A stretch of 12,904 nucleotides of DNA from Candidatus Bathyarchaeota archaeon (lineage in GTDB: Archaea > Thermoproteota > Bathyarchaeia > Hecatellales > Hecatellaceae), in NCBI GenBank assembly GCA_052246995.1, contig JBQPWD010000009.1, positions 1 to 12,904 of the forward strand, read 5' to 3'. The position numbers were made by a program, and so were the translations under genes. Every line of letters starts with the position of its first letter. Position 1 is the stretch's first letter. Below are positions 1 to 7,906 of the stretch, piece by piece. The notes under the pieces are model-generated. The model was given only the letters and a program-made list of their open reading frames with translations, did no database searches and was not told the origin of the DNA.

Positions 1-170
1 AATCTACGCATACGTTGTTTATCTGTAAACCTGTAAAGTTCACAGTCAAACTCTAAACGCCTCAAATCAACATTCTTGTCAGAACGATTACGCAACAATT
101 CAAGCATGTATTCACGCTCTTTCTGAGTAAGCTTTTTCAATTCACTGATGGTTTTTCTAAACTCGCTCAT
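1..170 (-). CDS. Partial CDS (5' end only, runs off left edge): soluble, charged, probably helical hypothetical protein
   Basis: Not in the ORF track. ATG at 170 opens a stop-free frame to base 1: MSEFRKTISELKKLTQKEREYMLELLRNRSDKNVDLRRLEFDCELYRFTDKQRMRR... It is preceded by GGTG (174-177) and a BRE/TATA promoter. No signal peptide, unlike the upstream genes. Confidence 0.75.
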   Translation of the reverse strand, partial: MSEFRKTISELKKLTQKEREYMLELLRNRSDKNVDLRRLEFDCELYRFTDKQRMRR

Positions 171-203
171 CTACACCACAAACAACTTTATTGCTGTTAA
201 AAG

Positions 204-217
204 TATATAAAATTTTC
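204..217 (-). promoter_or_regulatory. Archaeal promoter (BRE + TATA box) for the gene starting at 170
   Basis: The minus strand reads GAAAA-T-TTTATATA: a purine-rich BRE followed by a near-consensus TATA (204-211), ending about 34 nt upstream of the ATG at 170. It overlaps the stop codon of the 191-aa gene. Confidence 0.7.
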
Positions 218-792
218 TATACAACACTTCTTCTTTTACGACCCCAATACAGTATAAATATTATTAGTAAAACAAACACCATGAATATTAACGGCATGGC
301 TGGATGAACACCGCTTGAAACACAATAGTTTTCATATGCACTATATAATGCTTTATGAGTGTTGAACAAGCCTAAGCCTAAAGCAACTAGACAAATGTAA
401 GCAATTAAAGGTGCATAATAATATTTTATTTTCCATTTAGCACAGAACATTATGCTTAAATGTAGAAAAGCAATAAAACTTACAGCAAGCATCACAGCAC
501 TTATGTAAGCTATTTCAGTGCCTGCACATGCACCTAAAAGAGTGTCCCAAACATAAGGAAACAATATTAAACCGAAACCCTTAACTGGAACAGTAGACTG
601 AACATTTACAACACTAGATAATACAGCAGAAGGAACCCATGAAACAATTAAAAGCAAACTCTGAACAACCAAGCCTTTAGCAATCTTCAATATGCCTAGA
701 AAAACAAGAATCAAAACAAGTATAACAGCTAGACTTGAAACACCTAGTCCACCGATAAGCCATTGAACAAGATTACCTATGTCAATTTCCAT
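217..792 (-). CDS. Polytopic integral membrane protein (about 5-6 TM helices), function unknown
   Basis: 191 aa, almost entirely hydrophobic segments, with a basic C-tail (GRKRRSVV). Its start overlaps the upstream stop as TAATG (790-794), indicating translational coupling to the giant protein. Confidence 0.85.
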   Translation of the reverse strand: MEIDIGNLVQWLIGGLGVSSLAVILVLILVFLGILKIAKGLVVQSLLLIVSWVPSAVLSSVVNVQSTVPVKGFGLILFPYVWDTLLGACAGTEIAYISAVMLAVSFIAFLHLSIMFCAKWKIKYYYAPLIAYICLVALGLGLFNTHKALYSAYENYCVSSGVHPAMPLIFMVFVLLIIFILYWGRKRRSVV

Positions 793-3700
793 TATCTAAC
801 TCTTCTCCTAACAGTTCTAGGTTTATATGTAGGCTTTCTATGTGTAATATAATATATTGAAGAAAACATTACAGCAAAACATGCAACAATCAAAACAGCA
901 TTTTCGAAGCTTAAACTTAGAAAGCTTAAGTCTAAACTTAAAGACGGTAAACTAACACTTGGAAGCTTCAACAGTTCATCGAAGCTTGGAACAGTAAACA
1001 AAGGTGGAGTCCTATGCGTTATTACTAGAACAGCATGTAGCAAACTGCCAACAGTAAACAAGCCTAACAGAACAGCTATAAAAGTGTAGCCTCTACGTTC
1101 AATAACGACGGAGCCAATAGCACCTAACAAAGCAAAAAACATCCACAAAACACTATACGAGTCTAAAACTACAGTTATAGGCGTAACAGTTAAAGATGGC
1201 AGACTAAACGTTTTAGTTATCGGTTCATTTGAAATTGTAACAGTTTCAGTTAATACTGTGTCGTCATACTTTACTGTTACGTTGTATGTTCCGGGTCCAA
1301 GCTGTACAATAACTGTTCCCCAAGCATCTGTTTTTCCACTGTAAACAGTAGCATTATAAATGTCTATAATAGTGACTGAAGCCCCTGAAACATACAAGCC
1401 TTTGCTGTCTCTAACTATAACAGTCAACGGATAAGTGTAAACTATACTGCCAACAGCTCCTCCTGCTTCTTTCTTTTTAACAATAAAATACGGTGTTTCA
1501 ACACTTCCCAGCAAAACATCGCTTCCACGAATGTAAAATGTCATGTTAAGTTTGTAACTGCCCTCGCTTAAAGCACATGGAAAACTGAGTGTTTTAGTTT
1601 CATAATCATTTGCGAAAGTTCCATTATATAACGGAAAATTGAAGAACCCGTAATATTTGTCTCCCGCATATATTAAAGCTTTCCAGTAAACATTACTTAA
1701 AGGCACATAAGTGTCGTTAATCTTTGCTTTAGGCAAATACTTCATTATAATAGTCATGTAGTTGCCACTGTAAACTATAACAGGGTCCATGCTGAAAACC
1801 TCAATGTCCAACACTTTAACACTAACATCGAAACTGTAACTGTAACTGTCAATTTCATAGTCAATTCTTGAACAGTTAAACGTTAAAGTGCAGTTTCCAT
1901 AAATGTTTTTTGTTGATTGAACGCTTAAATAGCCAGATGAATTTGTTATTGCTTCAATCTCCTGCCATAAACTATTGTTTAAATATATTCTAAGTTTAAC
2001 AGTTTTATTGATTAAAGGACCATCATATAAACTGTTAACTTTAACAGTTAAATTGAAAATTGTTCCTGAAGAAAACTTGAAATCCACAATCTCATTATAG
2101 TCCCAGATAACGCTTGGATAAGGTGCTACATGATTAACAACTGTTATTCCATGTATGTTACCTGAAACTGAACTAACATAATAAGAATGTTTGACTACAC
2201 TGTTTTCACACACGTTTATTTCCCATCTACCATGATCAGAGTTATAGTTCGCGAATGAACTATTAACAAGAACAAAACCGTCGTTCACTAGCATGTTGTC
2301 ATACTCATATTTCAAAACAAAATAAACAGTAACAGCTACTCCAATATTAACTCGCTCTTTTGTTACACCAGAATTTTCAACTTTAATTCTATCCCATACA
2401 ACAGTTACAGATTTGCCATTTTGATTTACAACATTCAAACCATACATAGACTCTGAACCCGAAACATCATTATATGTTTCTGATGTAACAGTTGAACATG
2501 ACCTCATTATTCTATAAACACCTGAACCCATATAAACAGCAGGATAACCATTGATGTTGATTGTTCCTGTTGTAACAGCATTCCCATCGTATTCATATTC
2601 TAACGTTACATTAACATCAACGTTTTCATTTATGTTCACTCTGTACTTTGAAACACTATAAGAAACAACCATGATTCTGTCTACAATTACATTTACAGTT
2701 TGATTTTGTACAGTGTTCTGGTCAGTGACAGCATAAACAGTATAGCTATACAATCCAACACTTGATTCACCAGTAAAAGATATAGAAAACAAACCGTTCC
2801 TATCAATTACCGTTGTTGAACCCTTGTTTATGTTTCCTAAATCAACCTTAACAGTTATCCCGCTGGCATCCTCTGGCGGAATAGTTGTCCCCTCGTAATA
2901 CAACGTTCCAGTTATCGTTATAAGCTGGTTTGGGTTGATTCTTCCGTCATCTACGTTGGTGTCAGCCACTATTAAGTCGTCTTCAAAAACAAAAAGATTA
3001 ACATGTGAACTTGAACCATAACATCCATTTCTGTCAAAAACCTTAGTGTTTTCTGAAACAATCGAAACATAACCTTCAGGATAATTCCATGAAAGTTTTA
3101 TCCTCCATGAAAGCATGTATGCTGTACTGTTTAAACTAGTTTTGAAGCTATTTGAACTATCTAAAGTACAATAATTGTAAGGATCATAGTGTTTAGAGAA
3201 ACTTGAAGTGTTTTCCCATTTCAATATAACATTATTGGAGAATTCAACGGTCACATTTACAAGATCGTTCACTCCATCTAAATCGTTAACAGTAACGTTA
3301 AACAAAAAGAACTTGTTAGCGTAAACAATCACTGGAGAAGCGAACTCACCAATAGATGGAGGATTGCTTACAGTAATGGTTAGAAAAGCGTATTTGATAT
3401 AGTAGGGGCTGGTTGCCCCTTTCAAATATTCTAAACCAATATAATAGGTTGAGGTTGAACCTGAGCTACGATAGAAACATGTCAACACATCATTAGCAGT
3501 AATATCTACTTCTGAAAACCAAGCCGTGGGTTCAGTGTCCCAATAACCATTTATGCAACGTTTATAGTAAAGAACTCCGCTTACAGTCCAGAAACAGTAA
3601 AGTGTCCCAGATTCGTCAACACTTAAAACAGGAGCGGAAGAGCTTGATACTGTAGCTTGAACGGTAAACGTTGGAGACCAACTGTTTGTTGAATAGCTAT

Positions 3701-6164
3701 AGTTAATATATTCAATATCATAGTAGCTGTATTCAAGAAAAACAACATGTACAACATCATTATAAGCAACAGCACTCACATAAGCAAAATTCTGCATACG
3801 TAAACCTGTAGAAACTTCGTTAAGCCATGCTGTACCATTAAATGCTCTCCCATAAATGTAACTGCTTCCATAAAGAACAAACATTTTTAGATTAGATAAA
3901 GGCACGACTATAGAATTTATTGCGCCTAGAGAAGTGAAACTACTAATTCGAACGGGATAACCATAAGCTGTATTCCATGATCCATTATTGCTGTAAGATT
4001 TAGTCACATTCAAGTATGAGCCACCAACATGATATGAAATGTATGGACAACCATTAGAGTCCACGGCTATGTTACAAACTCTATAAACACCAGAAAAGCC
4101 TTCTACAGCTATAAACTCATCATAAAAATCAATTGTTCCGTCGCTTCTTGGAACTCCACATCTGTACAAAATATGTACATTACCGCACAACAATGCACCT
4201 CTTGCTATAGCAATATGCAAATGTGTTCCATTAAAGAATGAAGACAGTTGATAACCGTAAATAGGTATAGGATCAATTTGAAAGTTCTCTATTCTACTGT
4301 TGTATTCACTGCTTCCAAAATAGAACCTAACCTCACTATTAGAAAAGTAAGTGTAATAATATACAGTCCAAGTTGAATTAACCAAGCCAGTACACTCCAA
4401 ACGTTTAGTAGTGAAAGTTGCAAGTTCATACCATGAACCCGTTAGAGAAGGAATTCTAACATAAACTCTTACAACAAGACTATCTGTTCCAACAAAACTA
4501 ACACTACTAGAAGCAGTCCATGAACTACTTTGATAGCCTTCACCACTCTGATTTCTTGTAACAATCATTTTATACCCACTAGCTTCATCTATTTCAACTT
4601 CTGTTCCATCTTTCGATCTCCGCCAGAGTCTTATACCCCAATCAGCTGATGTAGGAGTATAAGTAGCTCTAATAAAACATGCATCAACATATATTGTTCC
4701 GCTTGAAACATAAGATAAAACATACATTTTCGCATTATTAAGTTCAGTCCAAGTCCAAGAGTTCGGAATATTTGTTATGTCACGATAATACCAAATGAAA
4801 AAAGTATAAGTGACATTGCAGGCGAAAAAGATATCAGACCAAGTTACTCCATCATATACAGCACAATACAAACCAACAACATCACTTTCAGATCCTTTTC
4901 TCGCACAGAAACCTATCTCGACTCGGGATATTTGTCCACTTCCAGTAAAATTGGAGAAACCGAAGTTTCCATGCTTTAAATTGTTCGTGCTAGTATAAAT
5001 ATAGCTTTCGTCATTAATGTTATTTAAATAAGGAGAAATTCCATAAGTGTTCCATTGTAGATAAGTATCGTCCAAAGAATCAACGTATTGGCTTTCATAT
5101 AAACTCGATAATGTTTTTCTGACATACATAGCAGATGTTCCCTGTTCTGTTGAAAGCCAATACCCTGACAAACCGTTAACAGTCTTAGAAACACTTGTGA
5201 AATACCTTACAGAAACACTTGCACCCATACTAGGCTCTTCACGAAGCGTTCTAGGTGGTTCCCAAGCAGAACCGTCAAGACTAGAAGAAAACAAATAATC
5301 TGTGCTACTTGTAAACAAAACCCAATGTCTACCATTAGCATAGAAATTTTTCCTTTGAGAAGCAAACTGAGTAGATGATGAAACCGACGTTTGAGCGACA
5401 ATACTTGGATCTATATCTTCATCGTTTAACTTAAATCTAACTTGAATAAAAGAACCCTTAAAGCCAAACAATTCATAATTCCCACTATAAACCTCAGCTT
5501 CACCATAATCGTCCCAAGTAGCCATACACCATGTCTTCCAGTTCATGGGGTTTTCGTCAACACCGAACTCAATATATTTCACTCTTTCTCTAAGAACCTT
5601 TAGAGTCGTAAACTCTTTAATGTCTTTAGCGTGTGTACTGTTCAACATTACATGTTGATGTGTTCTAGAGAAGATAAGCCAACAAATAGTAAAGTCTCCA
5701 AGGTTCCATTTTTCTGTCTTTGAAAGAGAAACAGAGATTTTAGGTTTGACATCTTTGAAGAACCTGTGTGTTATAGTTAATGTTGCAACCTTAAATGTAC
5801 GAACAACATCAACCCGCACTTGAAACACACTATCATTAGCAATTACAATGTTCTGATTTATTAAAATAGGAATCCCTAAACTTGTGTTAATGTAGAAGAA
5901 CGAGTTGCTAACAAGTTCAGAACCATCAAAGAAAGTGAAACTCATAATATAGCTTAACTTTTTGTCAAAAGAATAGTTTCCAAACGATGTGACATATATG
6001 TAGCTTTTGTCTGTAACAACCATGTAAGGTTCAAAAAAGCCTCTTTCATTATACACGTTGTTAGAAACAGCGTATGTTATCCGTTGCTCTTGTGCTGAAA
6101 AAACAGTAACCAAGACAGTTAATTGTAGAAAAAAGAGAACGATCAAGTACACAGCTCTTTTCAC
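792..6164 (-). CDS. Giant (~1790 aa) secreted, membrane-anchored multidomain surface protein (adhesin/spike-like)
   Basis: Sec signal (KRAVYLIVLFFLQLTVLVTVFSA|Q). An ~255-aa N-domain ends in DIDPS. An Asp-box-like propeller region follows (SSSLDGSAW, SYSNNGSW, FNGTAW), then three ~96-100-aa Ig-like repeats and a carboxypeptidase-regulatory-like domain (LTVIVRDSKG..VSGASV..GKTDAWG..LGPGTYNVTV). It ends in 3 TM helices and a basic tail. The ORF track starts at 6173; GTG at 6164 fits the GGTG RBS (6173-6176) better. Confidence 0.9.
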   Translation of the reverse strand: MKRAVYLIVLFFLQLTVLVTVFSAQEQRITYAVSNNVYNERGFFEPYMVVTDKSYIYVTSFGNYSFDKKLSYIMSFTFFDGSELVSNSFFYINTSLGIPILINQNIVIANDSVFQVRVDVVRTFKVATLTITHRFFKDVKPKISVSLSKTEKWNLGDFTICWLIFSRTHQHVMLNSTHAKDIKEFTTLKVLRERVKYIEFGVDENPMNWKTWCMATWDDYGEAEVYSGNYELFGFKGSFIQVRFKLNDEDIDPSIVAQTSVSSSTQFASQRKNFYANGRHWVLFTSSTDYLFSSSLDGSAWEPPRTLREEPSMGASVSVRYFTSVSKTVNGLSGYWLSTEQGTSAMYVRKTLSSLYESQYVDSLDDTYLQWNTYGISPYLNNINDESYIYTSTNNLKHGNFGFSNFTGSGQISRVEIGFCARKGSESDVVGLYCAVYDGVTWSDIFFACNVTYTFFIWYYRDITNIPNSWTWTELNNAKMYVLSYVSSGTIYVDACFIRATYTPTSADWGIRLWRRSKDGTEVEIDEASGYKMIVTRNQSGEGYQSSSWTASSSVSFVGTDSLVVRVYVRIPSLTGSWYELATFTTKRLECTGLVNSTWTVYYYTYFSNSEVRFYFGSSEYNSRIENFQIDPIPIYGYQLSSFFNGTHLHIAIARGALLCGNVHILYRCGVPRSDGTIDFYDEFIAVEGFSGVYRVCNIAVDSNGCPYISYHVGGSYLNVTKSYSNNGSWNTAYGYPVRISSFTSLGAINSIVVPLSNLKMFVLYGSSYIYGRAFNGTAWLNEVSTGLRMQNFAYVSAVAYNDVVHVVFLEYSYYDIEYINYSYSTNSWSPTFTVQATVSSSSAPVLSVDESGTLYCFWTVSGVLYYKRCINGYWDTEPTAWFSEVDITANDVLTCFYRSSGSTSTYYIGLEYLKGATSPYYIKYAFLTITVSNPPSIGEFASPVIVYANKFFLFNVTVNDLDGVNDLVNVTVEFSNNVILKWENTSSFSKHYDPYNYCTLDSSNSFKTSLNSTAYMLSWRIKLSWNYPEGYVSIVSENTKVFDRNGCYGSSSHVNLFVFEDDLIVADTNVDDGRINPNQLITITGTLYYEGTTIPPEDASGITVKVDLGNINKGSTTVIDRNGLFSISFTGESSVGLYSYTVYAVTDQNTVQNQTVNVIVDRIMVVSYSVSKYRVNINENVDVNVTLEYEYDGNAVTTGTININGYPAVYMGSGVYRIMRSCSTVTSETYNDVSGSESMYGLNVVNQNGKSVTVVWDRIKVENSGVTKERVNIGVAVTVYFVLKYEYDNMLVNDGFVLVNSSFANYNSDHGRWEINVCENSVVKHSYYVSSVSGNIHGITVVNHVAPYPSVIWDYNEIVDFKFSSGTIFNLTVKVNSLYDGPLINKTVKLRIYLNNSLWQEIEAITNSSGYLSVQSTKNIYGNCTLTFNCSRIDYEIDSYSYSFDVSVKVLDIEVFSMDPVIVYSGNYMTIIMKYLPKAKINDTYVPLSNVYWKALIYAGDKYYGFFNFPLYNGTFANDYETKTLSFPCALSEGSYKLNMTFYIRGSDVLLGSVETPYFIVKKKEAGGAVGSIVYTYPLTVIVRDSKGLYVSGASVTIIDIYNATVYSGKTDAWGTVIVQLGPGTYNVTVKYDDTVLTETVTISNEPITKTFSLPSLTVTPITVVLDSYSVLWMFFALLGAIGSVVIERRGYTFIAVLLGLFTVGSLLHAVLVITHRTPPLFTVPSFDELLKLPSVSLPSLSLDLSFLSLSFENAVLIVACFAVMFSSIYYITHRKPTYKPRTVRRRVR
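2103..2981 (-). repeat. Three tandem ~96-100-aa Ig-like protein repeats (D-R-I-x-V...R-V-N-I...L-x-Y-E-Y-D...V-[VI]-W-D)
   Basis: Boundary Asp codons start at 2981, 2681, 2393 and 2102 (spacings 300, 288 and 291 nt). Units 2 and 3 align clearly (RVNINENVDVNVTLEYEYD / RVNIGVAVTVYFVLKYEYD; YGLNVVN / HGITVVN). Unit 1 is more diverged (GRINPNQLITITGTLYYE). Confidence 0.75.
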
Positions 6165-6201
6165 GATCATCACACCAAATCTAACTGCATAGTGCTAGAT
6201 T

Positions 6202-7380
6202 TCAAATTGTTTTTCCGTATCCCAAAGCAACAGAAAACATGTCTCTGATGTCCACTTTACCATCACCCGTCACATCAGCTACAGGATTCCAATTGTTTGC
6301 CCACGGAGTAGAACCGTAAGCCAAAGCTACTGTCAAAATATCCTTAATATCAATCTTACCATCCAAGTTCACATCTATCTTGCCAAGAGTTCCAGTTTCC
6401 TTCATACCCACATACGCATCGCTTCCGTGACCACTAAACCAAACCATTTTTAAAACACCTACTGAAACTTCACACATGTAGTAGTTGTACGGAGACCTCG
6501 AGTTAAAAACAATGCCCCCCACTATTCCAAAGTGCCCCGAGTTGTCCGTGAACCACAAGTATCCGAAACTATCCTTGAGAACTTGATATGGACCCTCATA
6601 TGTCACAAGAGCTGTTTCAAGACGAAAGACGTTAGAATGGTTTTCCTTATCTATCACAGCAATAGTTCCCATTGGCAGACCTGCTTCATCCACTTTTTTT
6701 GCTTCAGCCACATAAACGTATTTGCTGTCAACCTCTAGTCCGAAAGGACGGTTAAAACCGTAGATAGTTTCCACAATACAGCCTAACGTAATGTCGAAAA
6801 CACTGACACTATTATTTTCTAAGTTTGAGATCCATATTAAATTCTTGTCTTCATGTATGCATCCTCTATAACTGCCAACGTAATAACTAATATATTCAAG
6901 CGTTGTAGTGTTGACTTTCAACAGAAAACTTCGAATAGGAGGACTTACCGCTAGTCCTCTAGCCCATATGAAACCATTATAATATGTTACTGAATAAAAT
7001 TCAACATACTCTTGAGTAACAATTGTAAAGCTTTTTGTTTTAATGTCAAATTTCATTAAATATTCTCCTGCTATCCAAACGTTGCCTTCCCCGTCAATAG
7101 TAACAGTTCTAATACTGTAACCTATGTCATACAAAGTATATGGATTAGACTCTTTAAGTATGACTTTGCTGACATTCACTTCAGCCAACTGTCTCGTTGC
7201 AAATAGAGCAATATAAACCATGAGGTTTTTGGGGTTAAATACTAGACCTAACGGTGTGCTATTGTAGGGTAAGTCCAAGTATTGAATATTGCCTGCATGA
7301 ACTATGAATGTGGAGTTGTTTACATATAAAGTGATGATCAACATAAGTGTTATCATGGTGAGCAATGGTTTCTTCAACAT
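6202..7380 (-). CDS. Secreted ~7-bladed beta-propeller (NHL/Vgb-like) protein with a C-terminal type I-like dockerin
   Basis: Signal peptide ends in VHA|G. Blade-like repeats include PLGLVFNPKNLMVYIA, TVTIDGEGNVWIA, PFGLEVDSKYVYVAE and PYQVLKDSFGYLWFTD. Duplicated Ca-binding loops DVNLDGKIDIKD and DVTGDGKVDIRD are linked by AYGS...NWNPVAD. No TM anchor. Confidence 0.88.
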   Translation of the reverse strand: MLKKPLLTMITLMLIITLYVNNSTFIVHAGNIQYLDLPYNSTPLGLVFNPKNLMVYIALFATRQLAEVNVSKVILKESNPYTLYDIGYSIRTVTIDGEGNVWIAGEYLMKFDIKTKSFTIVTQEYVEFYSVTYYNGFIWARGLAVSPPIRSFLLKVNTTTLEYISYYVGSYRGCIHEDKNLIWISNLENNSVSVFDITLGCIVETIYGFNRPFGLEVDSKYVYVAEAKKVDEAGLPMGTIAVIDKENHSNVFRLETALVTYEGPYQVLKDSFGYLWFTDNSGHFGIVGGIVFNSRSPYNYYMCEVSVGVLKMVWFSGHGSDAYVGMKETGTLGKIDVNLDGKIDIKDILTVALAYGSTPWANNWNPVADVTGDGKVDIRDMFSVALGYGKTI

Positions 7381-7385
7381 TTCAC

Positions 7386-7392
7386 CACCTCC
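7386..7392 (-). promoter_or_regulatory. Strong Shine-Dalgarno GGAGGTG
   Basis: GTGGAGGTGGTGAA-ATG; GGAGGTG lies 5 nt before the ATG at 7380. Confidence 0.8.
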
Positions 7393-7426
7393 ACTTTTTC
7401 TTCAATTTCAATTATTAAAGATGTGA

Positions 7427-7440
7427 CTATTAAACTTTTA
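7427..7440 (-). promoter_or_regulatory. Probable archaeal promoter (BRE + TATA) for the propeller-dockerin gene
   Basis: The minus strand reads TAAAAG-TTTAATAG directly after the upstream stop, in the largest (60 nt) intergenic gap. A second TTTAATAA lies 15 nt further downstream. The spacing would put the start site upstream of the SD. Confidence 0.55.
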
Positions 7441-7902
7441 TTAATAAACGGTGACCGTTACTGTTTGACTCTCACTTTTCTTTAAAAGATTATCTCCTTC
7501 AAAGACAGCTTTAAAGTCATAGGTTCCAGCTTTATAGAAAAAATATGAAAATACTGCTTCCCCATAGTTTGAAACGTAAAATGTGTTTTTAACAGACAGA
7601 ACAGTCCAATATTCTGTGTCATTAGTTTTAAACATTAAAGCTATTGGTTTATCTTTTAACACGTATGGACGTATCTGTTCTCCTATACTTGAAAGTTCAC
7701 TTGGAACATTAAAATCTAATTGTGCTTTAAAAGATACAGAGCTTCCAACTGAAAAAACTGTTGAACTTTCATTTAACGACAAAGTTAGAACAGTTGAAAA
7801 ACTATACACAGAAACATATGGTCGAACAAAGCTTTCACCGAAGTATCCGATTCCCACGCCTATAAGTACTCCTATAAGAAATATTATTATTTCTCTTCCC
7901 AT
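7441..7902 (-). CDS. Small N-terminally anchored protein with one Ig-like beta-sandwich domain
   Basis: 153 aa. N-terminal TM IIIFLIGVLIGVGIGYFG (GxxxGxxxG). Ig-like pattern VGSSVSFKAQL...GEAVFSY...AGTYDFKAVFEGD..L..SES..VTVTV. RBS AGGAG; 4 nt from the upstream stop. Confidence 0.85.
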   Translation of the reverse strand: MGREIIIFLIGVLIGVGIGYFGESFVRPYVSVYSFSTVLTLSLNESSTVFSVGSSVSFKAQLDFNVPSELSSIGEQIRPYVLKDKPIALMFKTNDTEYWTVLSVKNTFYVSNYGEAVFSYFFYKAGTYDFKAVFEGDNLLKKSESQTVTVTVY

Positions 7903-7906
7903 TCTT

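Noticed and set aside
907-987. Four AAGCTT palindromes in 81 nt
   Set aside because: Explained by a low-complexity Leu/Ser/Phe linker. The spacing is irregular and it is not a CRISPR or iteron array.
1-2233. No GATC site in the first 2.2 kb (possible restriction-site avoidance or mosaic junction)
   Set aside because: GATC is sparse throughout (about 19 sites counted by eye) and a similar ~1.9-kb gap occurs at ~8425-10355, so the gap is not distinctive.
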